Part shown: positions 47,749-55,899 of the stretch, piece after piece
How positions within the stretch are numbered: the first letter of the stretch is position 1
Layout: every line of letters starts with the position of its first letter
DNA from: Bacteroidota bacterium
Lineage (GTDB): Bacteria > Bacteroidota > Bacteroidia > Bacteroidales > UBA12077
Direction of reading: 5' to 3'
Length of the DNA stretch: 64,000 nt
Assembly: GCA_042584405.1 (NCBI GenBank)
Contig: JBHOSR010000001.1
Coordinates: 12,363-76,362 of the forward strand
Program-made: the position numbers and the translations under genes
Notes under the pieces: generated by a model
The model's database searches: none
The model's input: the letters and a program-made list of their open reading frames with translations, nothing else
Told to the model about the DNA's origin: nothing

Positions 47749-47880
47749 ATTATATTTCCTTGTTGAATAACAATATTTTTAACAAAAATAAGTTAAAAAA
47801 TATAGTTTGATAAATATTTTATTAATTACTAAGTTTATCATCTGAAAATAATCTTGAAATTCCTGATTTATATTGAATTA

Positions 47881-48954
47881 ATGAGGCGAAGGATATTAAT
47901 ACCAGTTTTATTTCTCTTAACTCACTTTGCTTATAGCCAAACCGCAAAGTATAGTAATGAATTTTTATCGATTGGTGTTGGGGCAAGATCGTTAAGTATG
48001 TCGAATGCTATGGTAGCTAATACAAATGATGTTACTTCTGGTTATTGGAATCCTGCTGGTTTAACTTCTTTACAAACTGATTTTGATGCAGGAATAATGC
48101 ATGCAGAGTATTTTGCTGATATCGCCAAGTATGATTACGTAGGTGGAGCAATGGCTCTCGATACAAATAGCTATTTAGGAGCAACAATAATCAGATTTGG
48201 AGTTGATGATATACCAAACACAACAGATTTAATTGATGGTGATGGTAATATTGATTATGACAGAATTTCCCGATTTTCAGCTGCTGATTATGCTTTTTTA
48301 TTAAGTTATGCACGAAATACAAAGGTCCCGAACTTATCGTATGGAGCTAACGTAAAAATTATATATCGTAATATTGGAGAGTTTGCTCATGCCTGGGGAT
48401 TTGGGTTAGATTTGGGATTTCAGTATAAATTAAACGATTGGAAGTTTGGTGTTTTGGCAAGGGATATTACTTCAACTTTCAATGCATGGACTTTTAACGA
48501 AGATGAACTCATAATTGAAGTACAAGACTCAGTTTATAATTTTGCTCCAGATAATTCCTTGGAAATAACATTACCAAGGGTATTACTGGGAGTTTCAAGA
48601 GACTTTCCAATTTATAATAAATTTAAAGGATTAGCCGAAATTGATTTGGATTTTACTTTCGATGGACAGCGTCATGTGCTTATTGAAGGAGATCCTGTAA
48701 GTATTGATCCTCATCTAGGAATAGAGATTAATTATAATCGATTGGCTTTTATAAGATTTGGTGTTGGTAACTTTCAACGCATTAAAGAGTTTGAAAATAA
48801 AGAATCTATGACCTTTCAACCCAATTTTGGAATAGGAATCCAATTTAAAGGAGTTAGTATTGATTATGCTTTAACGGATATTGGAGATCAGTCAATAGCA
48901 TTATATTCAAATATCTTTTCTATAAAATATTCATTTGATAGAAAATCTAATTAA
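47881..48954 (+). CDS. PorV/PorQ-family outer-membrane beta-barrel protein (T9SS-associated family)
   Basis: Signal peptide. N-terminal EFLSIGVGARSLSMSNAMVA...GYWNPAGL pattern and a C-terminal aromatic terminus region. Start moved to the ATG at 47881. Confidence 0.55.
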   Translation: MRRRILIPVLFLLTHFAYSQTAKYSNEFLSIGVGARSLSMSNAMVANTNDVTSGYWNPAGLTSLQTDFDAGIMHAEYFADIAKYDYVGGAMALDTNSYLGATIIRFGVDDIPNTTDLIDGDGNIDYDRISRFSAADYAFLLSYARNTKVPNLSYGANVKIIYRNIGEFAHAWGFGLDLGFQYKLNDWKFGVLARDITSTFNAWTFNEDELIIEVQDSVYNFAPDNSLEITLPRVLLGVSRDFPIYNKFKGLAEIDLDFTFDGQRHVLIEGDPVSIDPHLGIEINYNRLAFIRFGVGNFQRIKEFENKESMTFQPNFGIGIQFKGVSIDYALTDIGDQSIALYSNIFSIKYSFDRKSN

Positions 48955-49005
48955 AATTTCTTTGCTAAAAAATCTGTACTTTTGTTCAAATCTAAATAAT
49001 CTAAT

Positions 49006-49434
49006 ATGATCATTGCTGTAGATTTTGACGGAACAATTGTAGATCATGAATACCCTGAAATAGGGAAACCCAAATTATTTGCATTTGAAACTTTGAAAGC
49101 ACTGCAGGAGAAAGGTCACCAGTTAATTTTGTGGACTTATAGGTCTGGAAAAGAACTGGAAGAAGCAGTCGAGTTTTGCAAAAAAAATGGAATAGAGTTT
49201 TATGCTATAAATAAAAATTATCCTGAAGAGGTTTATGACGAATCAATAAGTCGAAAGATCATGGCTGATGTTTATATAGATGATAGAAATATTGGAGGAT
49301 TTTTTGGATGGAGTGATATATGGAAAGCATTAAATCCTGATCTATTCAGCGATGATGTTAGAAAGCAAATACAAAAAATTACAGCTTCAAATAGGTCTTT
49401 TTTACAAAACATTAAACGATTTCTAGGAATATAA
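49006..49434 (+). CDS. Small HAD-superfamily hydrolase-like protein
   Basis: 142 aa. Motif I IAVDFDGTI, and DD near the C-terminal third (YIDDRN). Confidence 0.55.
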   Translation: MIIAVDFDGTIVDHEYPEIGKPKLFAFETLKALQEKGHQLILWTYRSGKELEEAVEFCKKNGIEFYAINKNYPEEVYDESISRKIMADVYIDDRNIGGFFGWSDIWKALNPDLFSDDVRKQIQKITASNRSFLQNIKRFLGI

Positions 49435-49444
49435 TTTTATCAAA

Positions 49445-50554
49445 ATGAAAATATTAAAATTATCATCTTACTGTTCAATACTTATTTTACTTTTTTCGCA
49501 GATTTCTTGCACAAATCAAAATACAACAAAAGATAATAAAGAAACCAAGGCAAAAACAGATAATGTTACTAAAAGAGTTTCGATTATTTCAATTGACTCA
49601 CCAAAATCGGGAGAAATGTTCACCATTGGTGATAAAATAGATATTGACATCACATTAAAGGAATCGGAAATTAAAGTAGATTCCCTAATTGTTGAATCAG
49701 ATGGAAATAAGACAGTCCTTGCGTTTAATGATTTGCAATTCAGATGGGAATCAGGAGATTTAAATACTGGCTCGAATCAATTGAAAGCTTTTGCATACTC
49801 AGAGGGTAAAAAGATAGATAGTTATTATTTAAAATTAAGATTTAAATCAGATATTAAACCTGAATTATATGAATGTAAAATTGTAAAAACTTATCCTCAT
49901 GATAAAAGAGCATACACGCAAGGTTTATTTTATGATAATGGAGTAATGTATGAAGGAACTGGTCAGTTTGGAGAATCCAAACTAAGAAAAGTAGGATTTG
50001 AAACGGGTAAATTAATTTCAGAGTTGAGTTTAGAAGCAAATTATTTTGGTGAAGGTATTACTGCATTTAAGGATAAAATAATTCAACTAACATGGAGATC
50101 AAATACAGGTTTTGTTTATGATAAGAAAAGTTTCAAGTTAATAACAACTCTTAAGTATTCAACAGAAGGTTGGGGAATTACAACTGATGGTGAAAAGTTA
50201 ATAATGAGCGATGGAACCCATACTATACATTTTTTAAATCCAGAATATTTTAACGAGATTGGTAAAATTGAAGTTTATGATCAAAATGGACCAGTTGACA
50301 GTATTAATGAGTTAGAATATATTGATGGATTGGTCTTCGCCAATATTTATCAAACTGAAGAAATTATTGCATTTGATCCAAAAACAGGAAAGGTTTTAAA
50401 AAGAATAGATTGCCGAAAAATTGTACCTAATGGATATCAAGGTGAGCAAGACAATGTGTTAAATGGAATTGCTTACGATAAGGAAAACGATAGGTATTTT
50501 ATAACTGGCAAGCGATGGCCAAACTTGTTTGAAGTTAAGTTTGTTAAGAAATAA
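49445..50554 (+). CDS. Glutaminyl-peptide cyclotransferase (beta-propeller type) with N-terminal Ig-like domain
   Basis: 369 aa with lipoprotein-like signal (SQISC). Motifs YPHDKRAYTQGLFYDNGVMYEGTGQFGESKLRKV and NELEYIDG...ANIYQT. Confidence 0.8.
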   Translation: MKILKLSSYCSILILLFSQISCTNQNTTKDNKETKAKTDNVTKRVSIISIDSPKSGEMFTIGDKIDIDITLKESEIKVDSLIVESDGNKTVLAFNDLQFRWESGDLNTGSNQLKAFAYSEGKKIDSYYLKLRFKSDIKPELYECKIVKTYPHDKRAYTQGLFYDNGVMYEGTGQFGESKLRKVGFETGKLISELSLEANYFGEGITAFKDKIIQLTWRSNTGFVYDKKSFKLITTLKYSTEGWGITTDGEKLIMSDGTHTIHFLNPEYFNEIGKIEVYDQNGPVDSINELEYIDGLVFANIYQTEEIIAFDPKTGKVLKRIDCRKIVPNGYQGEQDNVLNGIAYDKENDRYFITGKRWPNLFEVKFVKK

Positions 50555-50586
50555 GAGATTACTTATAACAAAACCTTTATTTAGCG

Positions 50587-52044
50587 TTATTTTCTTTCAA
50601 ACTTATAAACGTAAAATATCTCATAAAAGAAAAACTCATCAGCTTTTGTATAGGTTACGTTAAGCGTATTTTTAATATTGTTGTTCGGATTGGCAAAGTC
50701 AGCAGCAGCATCCAGAAAAATTACATTATTAAACTTGTTTAAAATATCTTCCGGAATTTGTTGAATGCCATATACAGCATAAATATTTTCTGATATCAAT
50801 TTATTCTCCATATTCTGATATGGGAATTTGTTGTTAACCAATTTAAAATAATCAGTATTATAATAATAGGTGAAATTTGGCATAAAATGATATGTTGAAA
50901 TAATTACTAAGGTTTTTTCATCTTTTAGTTCTTTTACTTTAGCTACTGTTTCTTTAACATGTCTTTGGTTATCGACATTTGGATTAAAAGTTACTATAAA
51001 CATTAAAATAACAACTGCATCAAAAATATATCTGTACTTAAATTTCGGGAACAAATAATCGATACCTATTGCTAATAGAGGATAAAAAGCCACTGATAAG
51101 TAAATTAAGTACCTGTCGTGAAACATTGGAACTTTAAAGGATACTAAAAACATTAAAAGAAAAGGAAGCGCAAACCATGTTAAAATCCAGATGTTCGGTT
51201 TAAATTCATTAATTTTTTTATAATCTTTATTAATAAAGAATTTTACCAATGAAGCAACTAAAAGTAAAATGCAAATTAATGTTGTTACTGGTTTGTTTGA
51301 AAACTTCCAAAGCATAAAATAAAGACTACCTAGATTTTTTGGAGCTTCAAGCCAAGTTCCTTTTGTAGAAGAAAGAAAAAATTGTTCAAAAAAGGTTCTC
51401 CACATGGGTATATATGCTAATGCTAATATTATAATTCCAAATACATAAAGTTTTAATAAATGCTTTCGATTTGATTTAAATAATAGAATAATGAAAAATT
51501 GAATGAAAATTACCCAGAATCCAAAATAGTGAGAATAGATAAGCAAGACATTGCTTAATATCGTTATTATTAGACACTTAAACCTTTTTTTGTCTTCTTG
51601 TAATTTAAAAAAAGCATACATTGAAATAGAAGTTAACAGGGCGAACAGGGAATAAACTCTGCATTCATGCGCAAAAAACAAATGATAATTTGAAAAAGTG
51701 AATAATAAACTTCCAACAATTGCTATTCTAAGACTAAAAAAAGATATTCCGATTTTATAAATGAAATAAACGGTAATTACACTAAATATTAATGGTAAAA
51801 ATCTGACCGAGGCTGGGCTTATTCCAAATAGTTGAATCCAATAATGCAAGATTATTTCGAAAAGAGGAGGATTATTGCCTTTTAATAATTGGTCTATAAT
51901 TGAAGATATATCTAATTGTGCATGAAAAATACTAAAAGGTTCATCTCCGGCAATAGATTGTGCATCGATATATAAAAACTTTAGAATAAAATTTAGAATT
52001 ACTAAAAGTATTGGAATAAGTATTAAAAGATTTTTTCTATTCAT
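50587..52044 (-). CDS. GT-C fold glycosyltransferase (family 39 / ArnT-PMT-like) membrane protein
   Basis: 485 aa polytopic protein. First-loop acidic motif IAGDEPFS. Soluble C-terminal domain. Confidence 0.65.
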   Translation of the reverse strand: MNRKNLLILIPILLVILNFILKFLYIDAQSIAGDEPFSIFHAQLDISSIIDQLLKGNNPPLFEIILHYWIQLFGISPASVRFLPLIFSVITVYFIYKIGISFFSLRIAIVGSLLFTFSNYHLFFAHECRVYSLFALLTSISMYAFFKLQEDKKRFKCLIITILSNVLLIYSHYFGFWVIFIQFFIILLFKSNRKHLLKLYVFGIIILALAYIPMWRTFFEQFFLSSTKGTWLEAPKNLGSLYFMLWKFSNKPVTTLICILLLVASLVKFFINKDYKKINEFKPNIWILTWFALPFLLMFLVSFKVPMFHDRYLIYLSVAFYPLLAIGIDYLFPKFKYRYIFDAVVILMFIVTFNPNVDNQRHVKETVAKVKELKDEKTLVIISTYHFMPNFTYYYNTDYFKLVNNKFPYQNMENKLISENIYAVYGIQQIPEDILNKFNNVIFLDAAADFANPNNNIKNTLNVTYTKADEFFFYEIFYVYKFERK

Positions 52045-52131
52045 AAATATTTAATTTAACTTTCTGTTATGACAAAATAACAATTATTTTTCGTTTAATT
52101 TATAAAACTAATTTATTTCAAATTTAAATAA

Positions 52132-52512
52132 ATGGTACGAATTATCATTGCAGTAATGCTTATAGGTCATGGATTAGCTCATGTCTCGGGATTTTTAATT
52201 TCATGGACAAAAACTGAAGAAGGTTTTAAAATTACAAAACCATGGATCTTTTCACAAAATGTTCTCATAAAAAGTAGAATAGGAAAAGTATTTGGTATTT
52301 TTTGGGCTCTTGCGTTATTGTGTTTTGTTGGAGCTGGATTAAGTATCTTTTTCCATTTTTATGATTGGAAAATATTAGCTACAATCGGAGTAGTATTTTC
52401 CTTAATTTCAATAATACCATGGTGGAGTACAGTTCCTCTTGGAGCTAAAATTGGATTGGTTTTTGATTTGATTGTATTTGCTTATCTTGTATATTTTAAC
52501 CCAATGGTTTAA
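52132..52512 (+). CDS. Hypothetical membrane protein (4 TM)
   Basis: 126 aa hydrophobic protein. No motif recognised. Confidence 0.45.
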   Translation: MVRIIIAVMLIGHGLAHVSGFLISWTKTEEGFKITKPWIFSQNVLIKSRIGKVFGIFWALALLCFVGAGLSIFFHFYDWKILATIGVVFSLISIIPWWSTVPLGAKIGLVFDLIVFAYLVYFNPMV

Positions 52513-52520
52513 ACAAAAAA

Positions 52521-52539
52521 CTCCAGTGAATTACTGGAG
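52521..52539. terminator. Hairpin terminator between convergent genes
   Basis: CTCCAGT-GAATT-ACTGGAG perfect 7-bp stem. The A-run upstream gives a U-tract for the minus-strand transcript. Confidence 0.65.
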
Positions 52540-52565
52540 CTTCTGGATATTATTAATTTTAAAAA

Positions 52566-53876
52566 TTATTCCAAATTAAAGTTAGTATCGTAAGCTTTAA
52601 ATTTTATTTTACACTTTGCGTTTTCACTTGTAGCACCTTCAAACGAATGCTTACTACTTTCTTTAATATTTAAATTTCTGACTTTTATTCTGTCTTTTGG
52701 AAAATCAACATCACCATAAGTTGTTTCAAATTCTAAACTAAATTCTAAAGCTGGATCAAGAGGTAAATTTACAGAGCCATATTTAAAATCAGCATAGAAA
52801 CTTTCAAAGCTTGGTTTAACTGCATTAATATCCAGATCTAATTCGTAAGCACTAGGTAAGTTAATCGATTTTGTAATGGACTGAAAGCTAATCTCATCAT
52901 ATTTTGATTCTAAGCATGATAGCTCGCCCACAACAGCAGCGTGAATTTCCGTTTCATATAAAGATTTGCATTTAATAGAATTAATATTTTCACCTTTAAA
53001 TGTCGAATACTTCGATGTATATTCAAGTGTATTAACATTTCTAACTTCAATATCCGATTCATAAACATCCATTTTAATAAACTCTACATTACTTTCTATA
53101 TTAAAATTTGAATATTTAGCCTGACCTTTTAATCCTTGAATTAAATTCTGAATTTCAAATTCATCTTCATAGGATCCTACGGCAATCATTCCAGCATTTT
53201 CTATGCTAAACTCTGAATATTTCGTGTTTATGCTAAAAGAAGTAATATCTTTTATTTCTATTTCACAATCATATACATCGAATTTTGCAGTTTCACCCTT
53301 GCCTATTTCAGCTGAGCTATATTTCATATCAAAATCACCTTTATTAAAACTAGCAAGGGTAAGATCAACTTCGTATAGATCAAAATCTAGTTTACCTGTT
53401 AATGAAGCTATATCAATATTATTGTATTTACTCTTTAAATTGAAAGCTATACTTTCAGGAATCCATAAGGTATAAGATGCTTTATATTTATCAACACGAA
53501 TAGTTTTTCCATTTACTAAAGTAATTTTTGAAAATGGTCCAATGATTATAGTGTTTTTTGCTAAATCGGTCTTAATGGTTAATGAATTTGCCGACTCAGA
53601 TATCTCTGGGTTTATAAACACATCGATAAGTTTTTGTTGGTCATCAGGTTTTCCACCACTAATCATAATTTCACCTAGCAGTTTAACCTCATCTTTATCC
53701 CAGGTATTTATTTTTAAATCGGTTTCATAACAAGAAAATGTAAATTCTCCTGTTTTACTTAATTTAAATGTCTTCTCAAATTTCTCTTGAATTTCATCAG
53801 CAATACTTGAACTTATTGTTGAAAAAAGGAAGAGTGTTATAAGTGCTATTTTAGATATTTGTTTTAGTGTTTTCAT
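52566..53876 (-). CDS. Secreted repeat protein, DUF4097/putative-adhesin-like, downstream of ECF sigma/anti-sigma
   Basis: About 436 aa with a signal peptide (MKTLKQISKIALITLFLFSTISSSIA). Repetitive beta-strand-like segments. Alternative start at 53900. Confidence 0.5.
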   Translation of the reverse strand: MKTLKQISKIALITLFLFSTISSSIADEIQEKFEKTFKLSKTGEFTFSCYETDLKINTWDKDEVKLLGEIMISGGKPDDQQKLIDVFINPEISESANSLTIKTDLAKNTIIIGPFSKITLVNGKTIRVDKYKASYTLWIPESIAFNLKSKYNNIDIASLTGKLDFDLYEVDLTLASFNKGDFDMKYSSAEIGKGETAKFDVYDCEIEIKDITSFSINTKYSEFSIENAGMIAVGSYEDEFEIQNLIQGLKGQAKYSNFNIESNVEFIKMDVYESDIEVRNVNTLEYTSKYSTFKGENINSIKCKSLYETEIHAAVVGELSCLESKYDEISFQSITKSINLPSAYELDLDINAVKPSFESFYADFKYGSVNLPLDPALEFSLEFETTYGDVDFPKDRIKVRNLNIKESSKHSFEGATSENAKCKIKFKAYDTNFNLE

Positions 53877-54375
53877 ATTTATTTTCTTTTTCAATTTCAT
53901 TTAACATACGGTTTAACATTCTAATTTTTTTCTGATATAGATCCATTAATGAATTTAACAACTTTGGGTTTGGGCCATACTTATCAAGATCTGCAGAATA
54001 TTTACTAATTAGCGTATCGATATATTCTAAATCTTTGAAACTTGTTGCTAGAAGATCTTCATCATAATTTGCTTTTTGTAAAACTTGATAATAGGTTTTA
54101 ATTTGATGTTGGAATTGGGCTTCCTGTTTAGCAAGGTTTGGGTCAATCTTTGCTAAAATTAATTGTTGATTATTACGAAGAGACGTAACTTGATAGGTTA
54201 TGAATGATAAACCGACAACTAAAATTATTGCTGCAGCAATTTTTAGAGTTAGAAAGCGCTTTTGTTTTCCTTTTCTATTTATAGAATGCGATATTCCAGT
54301 CCATAAATAATCCTCATCAGGCTTTTCAACATCAAGCTGATTTCTGTTTTTTCGGATATATTCTTCAATATTCAT
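53851..54375 (-). CDS. Anti-sigma factor (single-pass membrane protein)
   Basis: 174 aa with a central TM helix (LTLKIAAAIILVVGLSFITY). Overlaps the ECF sigma gene by 11 nt. Confidence 0.6.
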   Translation of the reverse strand: MNIEEYIRKNRNQLDVEKPDEDYLWTGISHSINRKGKQKRFLTLKIAAAIILVVGLSFITYQVTSLRNNQQLILAKIDPNLAKQEAQFQHQIKTYYQVLQKANYDEDLLATSFKDLEYIDTLISKYSADLDKYGPNPKLLNSLMDLYQKKIRMLNRMLNEIEKENKYENTKTNI

Positions 54376-54919
54376 AACGAATCTCCTTTTTTAATTTCTC
54401 TTTTAACATATTTTTAGCACGCAGATATTGTGATTTTGATGTTGACTCAGTAATATTCAATATTTCTGCTATTTCTTTGTGCCTATAACCTTCTAATAAA
54501 TAAAGGTTGAGAACTACTCTTGCTTTTTCGGGAAGAGTTTTTATAGTTTCATGAATCACCAGTGGATCAATTTCCGGGAATTTACTTTCTTCTTTTTCTT
54601 CGCTTGCGATTTGTAAACTTTCAACCTCTAAAAAATCTTGTTTGTTTTTTCTTAAAAAAGTAAGCGACTGATTAATTACAATTCTCTTAAGCCAAGATCC
54701 AAATGATGATTCCCCACGAAATGAATCCAAGTTGTTAAATGCTTTAACAAATGATTCTTGTATAATATCTTCAGCATCGTGCTGGTTCGAAACCATTCTA
54801 ACACAGGTATTATACATAGCTTGTACATATAGTTTATACAGTCTGTACATTGACTGCTGATCACCTTTACGTGCAGCTTCAATTAATTTTGCATGTATTT
54901 CTACATTCTTCTTGCCCAA
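54365..54919 (-). CDS. ECF-type RNA polymerase sigma-70 factor
   Basis: 184 aa. Region 2 (DAEDIIQESFVKAF, WLKRIVIN) and region 4 (EGYRHKEIAEILNITESTSKSQYLRAKNML). Confidence 0.88.
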   Translation of the reverse strand: MGKKNVEIHAKLIEAARKGDQQSMYRLYKLYVQAMYNTCVRMVSNQHDAEDIIQESFVKAFNNLDSFRGESSFGSWLKRIVINQSLTFLRKNKQDFLEVESLQIASEEKEESKFPEIDPLVIHETIKTLPEKARVVLNLYLLEGYRHKEIAEILNITESTSKSQYLRAKNMLKEKLKKEIRYEY

Positions 54920-54971
54920 AACCTTTTCTTTTTTATAAAGACTAAATGAAATTTAAAAAGATGGAAAACAA

Positions 54972-55715
54972 TTACATATTTTTTATTCTAACTTCAATAT
55001 TTTCCTCATTTTTTAGTAATTCAACAAGTATTGAAGTGTTGGTATTTCCATAATGATATGGATATAATATCTTTGGTTTAAATGCTTTTGCAGCATCTGC
55101 AACCATTTCGGGTGTCATGGTATATGGTAAATTCATAGGAAGGAAAGCAATTTGAATATCTTGTAAAGCTTTTATTTCAGGTATGTTTTCAGTATCTCCT
55201 GCTATAAGTACATGTATATCTTCAAATTTTATTATATAGCCATTTCCTTCACCTTCAGGATGAAATAGGTCTCCATTATCTCTTTTGTGTTCAATATTAT
55301 AAGCTGGAATAGCTTCAATTTCGAGCTGATTTATATCTAATTCATCACTATTTTTCATAACAATAACATCGGAGAGATTTTCACTCATCTCTTTGCATTT
55401 TTGAGTGAAAATTATTTTGGTATGTTCTTTTTTAAGGAGTTCAATAGCGTTCAAATCAAAATGATCGCCATGATGATGAGTAATTAATATTAGATCAGCA
55501 TCAGGATAATTTTCATAATCTCCCATTCTTAAAACCGGATCAATGTGAATAACCTTACCATCAAATTCAAAGAAAATAGAAGCATGTTTAACAAAATGAA
55601 CAAGTAAATCACCATGATTATTGGTTTTAAAAGTATCTGTTTGTAAATCTTGTGAGTATGACATAGTTGTAATAATTAAAAATGTTAAAGTGAGAAGAGT
55701 TACTTTTTTCATCAT
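54972..55715 (-). CDS. MBL-fold metallo-hydrolase with signal peptide
   Basis: 247 aa. HHHGDH motif and a later AGDTE motif. Confidence 0.75.
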   Translation of the reverse strand: MMKKVTLLTLTFLIITTMSYSQDLQTDTFKTNNHGDLLVHFVKHASIFFEFDGKVIHIDPVLRMGDYENYPDADLILITHHHGDHFDLNAIELLKKEHTKIIFTQKCKEMSENLSDVIVMKNSDELDINQLEIEAIPAYNIEHKRDNGDLFHPEGEGNGYIIKFEDIHVLIAGDTENIPEIKALQDIQIAFLPMNLPYTMTPEMVADAAKAFKPKILYPYHYGNTNTSILVELLKNEENIEVRIKNM

Positions 55716-55827
55716 GTTTATATTTTAATTCGACAATTAAAAGTACTGATTATTAAAAAGAGAATCAATAAATTCTATAAATGAAAACATCCGATGTAAT
55801 AAAACCTCGAATGTGTATTTAAAGTAT

Positions 55828-55886
55828 AACGCACATTCCTGTGCGTTGAAAAATTATAATAAATCATCGGGCAGGAATGCCCGATG
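55828..55886 (-). terminator. Two tandem GC-rich hairpins downstream of the 869-aa gene and upstream of the MBL gene
   Basis: AACGCACA-TTCC-TGTGCGTT (55828-55847) and CATCGGGCA-GGAA-TGCCCGATG (55865-55886). Both stems are perfect. The second is followed by a T-rich tract on the minus strand. Confidence 0.6.
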
Positions 55887-55899
55887 TACATTATAAATT

